Sequence record: SRR31156797_5453
Length of the DNA stretch: 20,000 nucleotides
Strand: one strand, 5' to 3'
Part shown: positions 7,803 through 18,044 of the stretch, in pieces
Layout: every line of letters starts with the position of its first letter
Numbering within the stretch: the stretch's first letter is position 1
Program-made: the position numbers and the translations under genes
Notes under the pieces: generated by a model
The model's database searches: none
What the model saw: the letters and a program-made list of their open reading frames with translations, nothing else
Told to the model about the DNA's origin: nothing

Positions 7803-7868
7803 ATGCAAAAATTATTGCTAACGAACCCCACACAACTGAATAAATATTACTTTAGCTATTTTAGATAG
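7803..7868 (+). CDS. Putative Tyr/Phe-sensing leader peptide MQKLLLTNPTQLNKYYFSYFR (21 aa)
   Basis: Purine-rich GGAGCGAAGGA before ATG 7803. Codons TAT TAC TTT AGC TAT TTT AGA TAG give 3 Tyr and 2 Phe in the last 7 sense codons. Lies upstream of the operon that makes Tyr and Phe. Confidence 0.88.
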   Translation: MQKLLLTNPTQLNKYYFSYFR

Positions 7869-7945
7869 GTTTGTATTCATGAAGGCATGGGTACAAACGC
7901 TAAGTTTGTATCTATGATGGCTAGAGCATTTCGTAATGAATTCGC

Positions 7946-7983
7946 AGCCACGTAGATCGTAAAATCTATAGTGGCTATTTTTT
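7946..7983 (+). terminator. Leader terminator T1 (conditional)
   Basis: AGCCACGTAGAT/ATCTAT(A)GTGGCT stem with loop CGTAAA, followed by ATTTTTT. Confidence 0.75.
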
Positions 7984-8020
7984 ATATTCACATATCGGCG
8001 CTGTCGCTATGTAATGTTTG

Positions 8021-8067
8021 AAGGTGTTCACTGTAGATTCTTAAATTTACGGTGGACATCTTTTTTT
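8021..8067 (+). terminator. Leader terminator T2 (conditional)
   Basis: 19-bp stem with 4 G-U pairs, AAGGTGTTCACTGTAGATT/AATTTACGGTGGACATCTT, loop CTTA, T7 at 8061-8067, just before the aroE RBS. Confidence 0.85.
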
Positions 8068-8086
8068 GTTGAAAGGAATGAACCAG

Positions 8087-8956
8087 ATGAAACAAATGAT
8101 AACCGGTCACACACGGTTGGCGGCACTATTTGCCAAACCAGCCAAACACAGCATCTCTCCAGCGATGCACAATCTTTCTTTTGAAGAACAAGGGATCGAC
8201 GCCGTGTATCTGGCCTTTGATGTTGAGCCGGATGATTTAGCCGCTAGTATCCAAAGCATCCGTCAGTTGGATCTCTTAGGTGTCAATCTATCAATGCCCC
8301 ATAAAATGGCAGCAGTACCGTTGATGGATGAATGCTCACCAGCAGCCGAGCTGATCGGCGCAATCAATACAATCGTCAATCAAGAGGGGCGATTGATTGG
8401 GCACAATACAGATGGTATCGGCTTTATGCGCGCACTTGAAGACATTCAAGTGTCGATCATTGGAAAAACGATGACTGTGATCGGTGCAGGTGGAGCAGCG
8501 ACAGCAATCATTAGTCAAGCTGCACTAGATGGTGTCAAAACAATCCGTGTCTTTAACCGCAAGGATGAGTTTTATCCAATCATCCAGGAAAAATTGACAC
8601 AGATCGCAGAAAAGACCGCCTCTGAAATCACATTAACGGATTTAGAAGATCAGACGGCTCTAAAAACAGCCATCGATCAAAGCAGTCTTTTAGTTAATGC
8701 TACTGGCGTGGGGATGAAGTCGAATGATACGGTAAGTCCTCTAAAAGACAAAACACTCTTGCGGGAATCATTAGCTGTCTATGATGTCATCTATAATCCA
8801 AGAGAAACGCAGCTTTTGAAAGATGCGAAAGAAGTCGGTGCCAAAACTGCAAACGGCTTAAGCATGTTGCTGTATCAAGGTGCAGCTGCATTTAAACTTT
8901 GGACAGGCCAAGAAATGCCTGTTGAAAAAGTAAAAGCACTTATTGAGTCCATGTAA
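8087..8956 (+). CDS. aroE: Shikimate dehydrogenase
   Basis: HSISPAMHN, NLSMPHK, GAINTI, GHNTDGIGF, IGAGGAA, NATGVGM, DVIYNPRET, GLSMLLYQGA. Start moved from 8066 to ATG 8087 because RBS AAAGGA is at 8072-8077. Confidence 0.93.
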   Translation: MKQMITGHTRLAALFAKPAKHSISPAMHNLSFEEQGIDAVYLAFDVEPDDLAASIQSIRQLDLLGVNLSMPHKMAAVPLMDECSPAAELIGAINTIVNQEGRLIGHNTDGIGFMRALEDIQVSIIGKTMTVIGAGGAATAIISQAALDGVKTIRVFNRKDEFYPIIQEKLTQIAEKTASEITLTDLEDQTALKTAIDQSSLLVNATGVGMKSNDTVSPLKDKTLLRESLAVYDVIYNPRETQLLKDAKEVGAKTANGLSMLLYQGAAAFKLWTGQEMPVEKVKALIESM

Positions 8957-8996
8957 AAAATAAAAAAATTAGAAAAAACGAAAGTAGGAAGAAAAA

Positions 8997-10022
8997 ATGA
9001 TCGTAATTATGAAACCAGGCGCTACGCCAGAACAAGTTGAAGTTGTTGTAACTAGAATCAAAAAAGAAGGCTTAGATGTTCAAGTCAACCAAGGAAAAGA
9101 ACAGGTCGTTATCGGGTTAAAAGGGGATACACGCCGCATCCAAGATGTTGCTTTTCGCAGCTACGAAGGTGTCGAAGATGCCATTCGGATCTCAAATACT
9201 TACAAATTGACCTCTCGTGAGTTCCATCCGCAAGATACGGTTGTGGATGTAGATGGTGTGAAAATCGGTGACGGCAACTTTGTTACGATGGCTGGTCCAT
9301 GTTCGATTGAAGGCTTAGACCAAATTCGTGAATGTGCCCGAATCGCCAAAGCTGGTGGTGCACAAATCTTACGTGGTGGTGCCTTCAAACCCCGCACGTC
9401 GCCTTACGCATTCCAAGGGCTTGAAGAAGAAGGGCTAAAATACATTCGCCAAGCTGCTGATGAAACTGGCATGAAAATCATCACAGAAGTCATGGACGAA
9501 GGACATATCGATATGGTGGCGGAATACAGTGATATTTTGCAGATTGGTGCTCGGAACATGCAAAACTTCAAATTGCTAGCTGCCGTTGGAAAAACTGGGA
9601 AACCAATTGGCCTTAAACGAGGCATCTCAGGCACGATCGACGAATGGTTGAATGCAGCGGAATACATCGCTGTTCAAGATAAAAGTGAAGTGATTTTCAT
9701 TGAACGTGGGATCCGAACTTACGAAACAGCAACCCGTAATACCTTTGATCTAAGTGCAGTACCAATCATCAAAAAACTGAGCCACTTCCCAATCATCGTC
9801 GATCCTAGTCATGGAACAGGTATCTGGGATCTCGTACCACCAATGGCAAGAGCGGGTGTTGCTGCCGGCGCCGATGGGATGATCGTAGAGATCCATCCAG
9901 ATCCAGCCAATGCTTGGTCTGATGGTCCTCAATCACTTAACGAAAAAACGTACATGAACATGATGAAAGAAGTCCATATCATGGAAAAAGCGATGAAAGA
10001 AATCAAAGCGTTGCAAGACTAA
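8997..10022 (+). CDS. aroF: DAHP synthase (class I-beta, with N-terminal ACT/ferredoxin-like regulatory domain)
   Basis: MIVIMKP N-terminal regulatory domain, [57 protein letters not shown]. Confidence 0.95.
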   Translation: MIVIMKPGATPEQVEVVVTRIKKEGLDVQVNQGKEQVVIGLKGDTRRIQDVAFRSYEGVEDAIRISNTYKLTSREFHPQDTVVDVDGVKIGDGNFVTMAGPCSIEGLDQIRECARIAKAGGAQILRGGAFKPRTSPYAFQGLEEEGLKYIRQAADETGMKIITEVMDEGHIDMVAEYSDILQIGARNMQNFKLLAAVGKTGKPIGLKRGISGTIDEWLNAAEYIAVQDKSEVIFIERGIRTYETATRNTFDLSAVPIIKKLSHFPIIVDPSHGTGIWDLVPPMARAGVAAGADGMIVEIHPDPANAWSDGPQSLNEKTYMNMMKEVHIMEKAMKEIKALQD

Positions 10023-10058
10023 GCGTGAAGACAACCAATAAAAGAGGTGCAAAAATCA

Positions 10059-11114
10059 ATGTTACACATTCACTTAGAAGACCATTCCTATGATATCCTC
10101 ATTAAACGAGGGGCGTTTCAAAAAGTCGGAACCTGGGTGCAACAGTTGTGGGACAAACAGCGCATTGCCGTCATTACAGACAGCAATGTCGCACCCCTGT
10201 ATGGCGGACAAATCGTCGATTCCATAACCGCTGCCGGGTTTGAAGCGACACTGTTAATCGTACCAGCCGGCGAAAAAAGCAAATCACTAGAGCAAGCAGC
10301 TAGTTTATATGATGGTCTTGCCCAATTCGGAATGACCAGAAGCGATGGGATCATTGCCCTTGGTGGCGGTGTGATCGGTGATCTCGGAGGATTTGTTGCT
10401 TCTACTTATATGCGCGGCATTGATTTCTTGCAGATTCCGACGACGTTATTGGCACAGGTCGATTCAAGTATCGGCGGAAAAACAGCTGTAAATACTGGCA
10501 GTGCCAAGAATCTCGTTGGCACGTTTGCCCAACCAGCCGGTGTGATGATCGATCCAGATTTACTTGAAAGTTTGCCGCTTAAACGCGTCCAAGAAGGCAT
10601 TGCTGAAATCATCAAGTCAGCCGCTATTGCAGATCCTGAACTTTGGCAAACGTTAGCAGGTTTGAATGATGAAGCCGATTTGTTGGCCCACGCTGAAAAT
10701 GTGATCACAGCTTCTTTAAAGGTTAAACAAAAAGTAGTGGAAGAAGACCCCTTTGATCATGGTAGTCGTCTGACACTGAACTTCGGTCATACGATCGGTC
10801 ATGGCTTAGAAAGAACGGCTGCTTTTGAGACAAGTCACGGAGAAGGCGTTGCGATGGGGATGATTATGATCACCCGACATGCAGAAGTCACCGGATTAAC
10901 ACCAAAAGGTACGACCCAGCAACTTACAGAAATGGTTGAGAAGTTTCACTTGCCGATTACACCAAGGGAAATAGATAAAGAGCAATTATACCAAGCAATC
11001 ACTCATGATAAAAAAGCCCGCGGGCAACAATTGAAGATTATTCTATTAGAAGCGATCGGTCAGGCGAAAATCGTGACGATCCCGACTGAAAAAATCAAAG
11101 ACTACCTAGTATAA
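10059..11114 (+). CDS. aroB: 3-dehydroquinate synthase
   Basis: GEKSKS, ALGGGVIGDLGGF, PTTLLAQVDSSIGGKTAVN, KNLVG, LNFGHTIGH, HGEGVA. Start placed at ATG 10059 (RBS GAGGTG 10044-10049). Confidence 0.96.
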   Translation: MLHIHLEDHSYDILIKRGAFQKVGTWVQQLWDKQRIAVITDSNVAPLYGGQIVDSITAAGFEATLLIVPAGEKSKSLEQAASLYDGLAQFGMTRSDGIIALGGGVIGDLGGFVASTYMRGIDFLQIPTTLLAQVDSSIGGKTAVNTGSAKNLVGTFAQPAGVMIDPDLLESLPLKRVQEGIAEIIKSAAIADPELWQTLAGLNDEADLLAHAENVITASLKVKQKVVEEDPFDHGSRLTLNFGHTIGHGLERTAAFETSHGEGVAMGMIMITRHAEVTGLTPKGTTQQLTEMVEKFHLPITPREIDKEQLYQAITHDKKARGQQLKIILLEAIGQAKIVTIPTEKIKDYLV

Positions 11115-11133
11115 GAAAGGAAGGTAACGGATC

Positions 11134-12300
11134 ATGCGTTATATTACAGCAGGCGAATCACATGGACCAGAGTTGACCGCCATTATCGAAGGGTTACCGG
11201 CAGGATTGCCATTAACAGCGGAAGACATCAATTTTGAATTAGCGAGACGACAAACCGGCTATGGTCGTGGGGGACGGATGTTGATTGAAAAAGACCAAGT
11301 CCGTATCACTTCCGGTATCCGTCATGGAAAAACATTAGGCTCTCCTGTGACTTTAGTGGTCGAGAACAAAGATTGGAAAAATTGGACCAAGGTCATGGCA
11401 ATCGAAGAGGTACCAGAAAAAGACCGCAAACTACGACGAGTGGCACGACCAAGACCTGGTCATGCTGACTTGGTCGGCGGCATGAAATACCACCATCAAG
11501 ATCTACGAAACGTCCTGGAACGTTCATCTGCCCGGGAAACGACTATGCGGGTAGCCATCGGCGCAATCGCGAAGAAAATTTTGAAGGAGCTTGGCATCGA
11601 TGTGGCAGGTCATGTAACGATGTTAGGCGGCATCAAAGCAGAAATTCCAGAAGGCTTGACTGTCAAAGAAATCGCACAACGCTCTGAAGCCTCGGAAGTA
11701 AGAGTCTTAGATCCATCTGTCGAGGAAGAAATTAAACAGTTGATCGATCAAACGAAGAAAAATGGTGATACGATCGGCGGCGTAGTGGAAGTGCTTGTTG
11801 GCGGCGTTCCTGCTGGTCTTGGCAGTTACGTGCAATGGGACAAAAAACTTGATGCGAAGATTGCCCAAGCCGTGGTCAGTATCAACGCCTTTAAAGGTGC
11901 TGAGTTCGGTGTTGGCTTTGAGGCAGGTGTTTTACCGGGTTCTAAAGTCATGGATGAGATTTTATGGGACGAACAACGGGGCTACACCCGTCGCAGCAAC
12001 AACCTAGGCGGGTTTGAAGGTGGCATGACGAACGGTGAACCAATCGTGGTTCGTGGTGTTATGAAGCCGATCCCAACCTTGTACAAGCCATTGCAAAGTG
12101 TGGATATCGACAGCAAAGAACCGTATAAAGCAAGCGTCGAACGCTCAGATAGCACCGCTGTACCAGCAGCCAGTGTTGTTTGTGAGAGTGTGGTGGCGAC
12201 AGTGGTGGCCAATGAACTATTAGAAAAGTTCCCAAGTGATTCATTCGCAGAATTGACTGCATCTGTTCAAGCGTATCGAGAATACTTGTTAACCTACTGA
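11134..12300 (+). CDS. aroC: Chorismate synthase
   Basis: [47 protein letters not shown]. Confidence 0.97.
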   Translation: MRYITAGESHGPELTAIIEGLPAGLPLTAEDINFELARRQTGYGRGGRMLIEKDQVRITSGIRHGKTLGSPVTLVVENKDWKNWTKVMAIEEVPEKDRKLRRVARPRPGHADLVGGMKYHHQDLRNVLERSSARETTMRVAIGAIAKKILKELGIDVAGHVTMLGGIKAEIPEGLTVKEIAQRSEASEVRVLDPSVEEEIKQLIDQTKKNGDTIGGVVEVLVGGVPAGLGSYVQWDKKLDAKIAQAVVSINAFKGAEFGVGFEAGVLPGSKVMDEILWDEQRGYTRRSNNLGGFEGGMTNGEPIVVRGVMKPIPTLYKPLQSVDIDSKEPYKASVERSDSTAVPAASVVCESVVATVVANELLEKFPSDSFAELTASVQAYREYLLTY

Positions 12301-12344
12301 TTAAAGAACCAGCAAAAATTCCAGTAGAAATGAGGATTCTTTTC

Positions 12345-13430
12345 ATGAACCAAAATATCTTTGTCGCCGGTCTAGGGTTGATCGGCGCTTCCTTAGCAAA
12401 ATGTATCAAAACGTCACATCCCCAAACCTATCTAATGGGGTGGGATCACTGTCGCAAAACCAATGAGATCGCATTAGCAACAAGATTAGTAGATAAAGTG
12501 CCCCCTTCATTTTCTGAAGGTGCTGTCCGTGCCGACGTGATTCTGTTGGCATTGCCGGTAGAAATCACCAAAAAATATCTTGCCGAACTGGGGGCACTTT
12601 CATTAAAGCCTTCGGTCCTGGTAACAGACACCGGCAGTACCAAAGCAGAAATCACGCAATTCGCCGAGTCCTTTTCCTTTGATTTTATTGGGGGCCATCC
12701 GATGGCTGGCTCTCATAAATCAGGGATCACAGCAGCCGATGAGAACCTTTTCGAGAATGCTTACTATATCTTTACACCGACGAAAAGTCAGCGGATGGAA
12801 GAGCTGCAAGAGCTTTTTCGCGGCACTAGAGCCAAATATGTGGCGCTTGCGCCAAAAGAGCATGATCAAATCACAGGGATGTTGAGCCATTTGCCCCATA
12901 TTATTGCTTCGGGATTAGTCAATCAGGCAGATGCCTTCAACCACGAACACCCTAGAGCGCAGCAACTTGCAGCAGGCGGTTTTCGCGATATCACTCGCAT
13001 TGCTTCTTCAGATCCTCGTATGTGGACCGATATCTTATTGAGTAATCGACAGGAGCTGCTGCAGCTGATCGATGAGTGGCAAAAACAAATGACGACCATG
13101 GCTCACTGGTTGCAGAAAAAAGACGAAAGGGCGATCTTTCGGTTTTTTGAATCCGCGAAGGAAACACGGGATCAATTGCCGGTTCATCAAAATGGGGCGA
13201 TCCCAGCATTCTATGATCTATTCATCGATGTACCGGATCATCCCGGCGTTGTCGCTGAAGTGACGGGGCTATTGAGCGAACATCAGCTCTCTTTGATCAA
13301 CTTGAAAATTCTTGAAACTCGAGAAGATATTATTGGTGTTTTACAGATTTCATTCAAAACGCAAAATGATTTGCTGCAAGCAGAGCAGCTGATTCAAAAA
13401 AAGACGACCTATTCATGTCGAAAAAAATAG
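12345..13430 (+). CDS. tyrA: Prephenate dehydrogenase with C-terminal ACT domain
   Basis: GLGLIGAS, TDTGSTK, GGHPMAGS, HD....SHLPH, AGGFRDITRIA, ACT motif VPDHPGVVAEV. Start placed at ATG 12345 (RBS GAGG 12332-12335). Confidence 0.95.
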   Translation: MNQNIFVAGLGLIGASLAKCIKTSHPQTYLMGWDHCRKTNEIALATRLVDKVPPSFSEGAVRADVILLALPVEITKKYLAELGALSLKPSVLVTDTGSTKAEITQFAESFSFDFIGGHPMAGSHKSGITAADENLFENAYYIFTPTKSQRMEELQELFRGTRAKYVALAPKEHDQITGMLSHLPHIIASGLVNQADAFNHEHPRAQQLAAGGFRDITRIASSDPRMWTDILLSNRQELLQLIDEWQKQMTTMAHWLQKKDERAIFRFFESAKETRDQLPVHQNGAIPAFYDLFIDVPDHPGVVAEVTGLLSEHQLSLINLKILETREDIIGVLQISFKTQNDLLQAEQLIQKKTTYSCRKK

Positions 13431-15232
<1,802 letters not shown>

Positions 15233-15233
15233 A

Positions 15234-16115
15234 ATGAAGATTGGTTATTTAGGACCGAAAAGTTCCTTTACGCATTTAGCTGCGCAAGAAGCTTATCCGG
15301 AAAATACCTGTATCCCCTATGGATCGATTCCGCTTTGTATTCAAGCGCTAGCTAACGGCGTGATCGATCGCGCGGTCGTTCCGAACGAGAACTCATTAGA
15401 AGGATCTGTTCATGCCACGATTGATACGCTCTTTCGTCAAAATCAGTTGAGCATCGAACAGGAAGTTATTTTACCGATCAATCATCAATTGTTAGTTTCT
15501 CAGCAATCAGCAAAAGACAACCGTCCCATCACTAAGATAATTTCTCATCCGCAAGCCTTAGCGCAATGTGCCGACTTCATCGAAGCCCGATTTGCTGGAG
15601 CTACTGTTGAGGCGGTTGCTTCCACAACGACTGCAGCAGCCTACGTAGCAAAACATCCAGAAGAAGCAGTTGCGGCGATTGCTTCCAAAGAAGCGGCATT
15701 GGCCTATCAATTAACGATCAAAAAAACCAATATTCAAGATGTTGCCTTTAATCAAACCCGTTTTTGGGTTTTGACGAAGAAAGCAGCAAACACCCAATTA
15801 CCAGAGCAGACTGCTGAGAAAGCAACGATTTTTGTGACGCTCCCGGCAAATCGACCGGGGATCTTGCACAAAATCTTAGCAACCTTTGGCTGGCGAGAAA
15901 TTGATTTAAGCAAAATTGAATCGCGGCCTTCAAAAACCACCTTAGGGGAATACTTTTTCGTGATCGATCTGGTGATGGACAAGCCGTGGCAACTGATTGT
16001 AAATGCCTTTGAAGAGATTCAGTTGTTGGGTGGTCAAGTCCATCTTCTCGGCGTGTATTCCGTAAATGTTGTTGAGGAAGTGACAAAAAATGACTCAAGT
16101 CAAAATAAAATTTAG
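15234..16115 (+). CDS. pheA: Prephenate dehydratase (monofunctional, C-terminal ACT domain)
   Basis: YLGP..SFT, VP.ENSLEGSV, SHPQALAQC, NQTRF, LSKIESRP. Start placed at ATG 15234, just after the aroK stop. Confidence 0.95.
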   Translation: MKIGYLGPKSSFTHLAAQEAYPENTCIPYGSIPLCIQALANGVIDRAVVPNENSLEGSVHATIDTLFRQNQLSIEQEVILPINHQLLVSQQSAKDNRPITKIISHPQALAQCADFIEARFAGATVEAVASTTTAAAYVAKHPEEAVAAIASKEAALAYQLTIKKTNIQDVAFNQTRFWVLTKKAANTQLPEQTAEKATIFVTLPANRPGILHKILATFGWREIDLSKIESRPSKTTLGEYFFVIDLVMDKPWQLIVNAFEEIQLLGGQVHLLGVYSVNVVEEVTKNDSSQNKI

Positions 16116-16560
16116 CCATGATGAAACCCTTTTAGCAACGTTTCATAAAGAGATCCAAACACAGCACCATCAATGGTACCCAACGATTTTTAAGCCCTTT
16201 GATCAGTCAAGATTTGAACAAGCAATCACACAGCAGCTGCAAGAGCCAAGCCACCACTTTTTTATCGCTTGGTTGGCGGACCAGCCTTGTGGCTTTGTGC
16301 ATCTTCAAGAGGTCTGTTTGCCACAAAATGCGATGATGCATGAACGAAAGTGGCTGGAAATTGCAGCGATCGCTGTTGACCCTCGGTACCAAGGGATGCA
16401 TATTGGAAAACAATTGTTGGTATTTGCTGAAAATGTTGCGCTGGAAAAAGGCTTCGATGATCTCTCACTAAACTTTTGGTCGGCAAACCAAGTGAAATCA
16501 TTTTATGAGCAAGCAGGATTTGTGAGCATACGACAAGGTGCATCAAAGCATCTAAGGTAA
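16090..16560 (+). CDS. GNAT-family N-acetyltransferase
   Basis: Motif A IAVDPRYQGMHIGKQLL, plus N....SFYEQAGF. RBS GAGG inside pheA. Overlaps pheA by 26 nt. Confidence 0.88.
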   Translation: MTQVKIKFSHDETLLATFHKEIQTQHHQWYPTIFKPFDQSRFEQAITQQLQEPSHHFFIAWLADQPCGFVHLQEVCLPQNAMMHERKWLEIAAIAVDPRYQGMHIGKQLLVFAENVALEKGFDDLSLNFWSANQVKSFYEQAGFVSIRQGASKHLR

Positions 16561-16599
16561 AATATGAAGAAATTTCCTAGAAAAAGGTTAAAATTTCAG

Positions 16600-16657
16600 A
16601 AAATAGCTTTCTTTCTATAAGGTCTAGGGTATCCTTATAGACAGAGAGCTATTTTTT
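16600..16657 (+). terminator. Long inverted repeat, probable terminator of the aro-GNAT transcript
   Basis: 23-nt arms AAAATAGCTTTCTTTCTATAAGG (16600-16622)/CCTTATAGACAGAGAGCTATTTT (16633-16655), with one G-U and one mismatch, ending in T6. Confidence 0.6.
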
Positions 16658-16676
16658 AGTTGGAGGATCAGAAGCA

Positions 16677-17951
16677 ATGAGCAGGATGGAAAAAAATAAA
16701 AAACTGCATGAACGGCTAGAAAAGGAATCCAGTCAGGCAGCCAAAGAAAGTATCTTTGCCCGTCGAGAAGCCAAAAGAAGAAACCAGCGCGTCAGACCGA
16801 GTGATTCTACTTCTTCTGCTGATGAGCGAGTAGGAGACAGTCCTTATCAAAACACCGAGCATCCTAGGGCAAGCGACTCTCGTGCGGCTCAAAGTTCTCG
16901 AGAACAGTCACAAGTAGGAGCAATAAAATCTGAGGGACGAAAAAGCGCGATCCCTCCGCTATCTGCTCAGAGGCCTGCGATGCATCAAAGCCAGGAACAA
17001 AGCAAACAAAAACCGTCAAAGCTTAAGAAGACCAAGCAACCCAAACAAAAGAAAAAGCGGAAGCACCCAGTTCTGCGTATTGTGGTTCGGGTACTATTGG
17101 TGCTTTTTGCCTATTCATTGATTGCGTTTCTTGTCGGTCAGCAAGTCGCAAGAAGTGACGCTGCTTTTGCTACGACTGATGAAGAGACCTTTAATGGTAC
17201 GGCCGCTGCAAATGGTGCTCGGAATATATTGCTCATTGGTAGTGATAGTCGTGAAGGAGAAGCTGGACGAGCAGACACTATTATGGTTTTGCAATTAGAT
17301 GGTCCCAGTAAGCAACCGAAGCTACTTTCCTTTATGCGGGATACTTTAGTTACGATTCCCGGTTATGGCGAAAACAAGATCAATGCGGCTTATGCCTTTG
17401 GTGGTGCTGATTTGGTTAGACAAACGTTAGCGGAGAACTTCGGGCTAGAAACCAACTATTATGCAAAAGTTGACTTTCGTTCCTTTGAAAAAGTGATCGA
17501 CACATTGTTTCCCTCAGGCGTTGCTATCAACGCGGAAAAAGATATGAGTAAAAATCTTGAAGTTGCCATCAAGCAAGGGCAACAACAAATGAATGGGCTT
17601 GAGCTGTTGCAATACGCACGCTTTCGGATGGACGAAGAAGGTGACTTCGGTCGTGTAAGACGACAGCAGCAAGTAATGGATGCGATCTTTAGCGAAATGA
17701 AAAATCCTTTAGCTATTTTAAAATTGCCTTATGCAGCTGGAAAAGTCTTAGGCTATGCTTCCACCAACCTGCCAATGTCTTTCCTATTAAAAAATACCTT
17801 CTCGATTGCTCGAGGGGCGGGAGGAGTCGACAGTTTGACTGTCCCAGTCGCTGACTCTTGGCAATACGGTTCAAGTGCGAGTGCCGGAAGTGTGTTAGTC
17901 GTCAATCTTGAAACCAATCAACAAGCGATCAGGAATTTTCTTAATGAGTAA
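16677..17951 (+). CDS. LytR-CpsA-Psr (LCP) family glycopolymer transferase
   Basis: Long basic N-terminus, one TM helix, then NILLIGSDSR, RADTIMV, SFMRD, KINAAY, QYARFR, GDFGRVRRQQQV. RBS GGAGG. Confidence 0.94.
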   Translation: MSRMEKNKKLHERLEKESSQAAKESIFARREAKRRNQRVRPSDSTSSADERVGDSPYQNTEHPRASDSRAAQSSREQSQVGAIKSEGRKSAIPPLSAQRPAMHQSQEQSKQKPSKLKKTKQPKQKKKRKHPVLRIVVRVLLVLFAYSLIAFLVGQQVARSDAAFATTDEETFNGTAAANGARNILLIGSDSREGEAGRADTIMVLQLDGPSKQPKLLSFMRDTLVTIPGYGENKINAAYAFGGADLVRQTLAENFGLETNYYAKVDFRSFEKVIDTLFPSGVAINAEKDMSKNLEVAIKQGQQQMNGLELLQYARFRMDEEGDFGRVRRQQQVMDAIFSEMKNPLAILKLPYAAGKVLGYASTNLPMSFLLKNTFSIARGAGGVDSLTVPVADSWQYGSSASAGSVLVVNLETNQQAIRNFLNE

Positions 17952-17977
17952 GCAGAATGAAAAGTTCTGAAAACCAT

Positions 17978-18005
17978 TTGAAAGTAAGTAAATTTATGCT
18001 ATATT
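17978..18005 (+). promoter_or_regulatory. Putative sigma-A promoter for the DegV gene
   Basis: TTGAAA (17978-17983)-N16-TATATT (18000-18005), with extended -10 TG. Confidence 0.6.
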
Positions 18006-18044
18006 ATTAATGACGTTTGAAATTTGTTGAAACGAGGAAAAAGA

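Larger units (their letters stand above)
7869..8067 (+). promoter_or_regulatory. Transcription attenuator (relay of alternative helices with two terminators) of the aro operon
   Basis: Seg1 GTTTGTATTCATG (7869-7881) and seg3 GTTTGTATCTATG (7904-7916) can each form 13 bp with seg2 CATGGGTACAAAC (7886-7898). ATCTATGATGGCT (7910-7922) pairs with seg4 AGCCACGTAGAT (7946-7957). Seg4:5 forms T1, seg5 ATCTATAGTGG pairs with TCACTGTAGAT (8028-8038), and seg6:7 forms T2. Confidence 0.85.

Noticed and set aside
8044-8062. AATTTACGGTGGACATC resembles a T-box sequence (AAUUAGGGUGGUACCGCG-like)
   Set aside because: It lacks the ACC after UGGN, forms the 3' arm of the terminator rather than preceding it, and no stem I/specifier loop is recognisable. 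No T-box motif was found in the transporter leader either.
8066-8086. ORF-track starts at 8066, and likewise 10047, 12330, 15225, 18024 and 19579
   Set aside because: A downstream in-frame ATG fits better in each case. Five follow a well-spaced RBS, and for pheA the ATG lies just after the aroK stop. 8066 lies within the T2 U-tract.
16677-17070. Low-complexity, basic N-terminus of the LCP protein as a fusion or repeat
   Set aside because: No true repeats. Disordered basic cytoplasmic tails are common in LCP proteins.
17961-17975. AAAGTTCTGAAAACC as a CodY box upstream of the DegV promoter
   Set aside because: Four mismatches in AT-rich DNA, so not distinguishable from chance.
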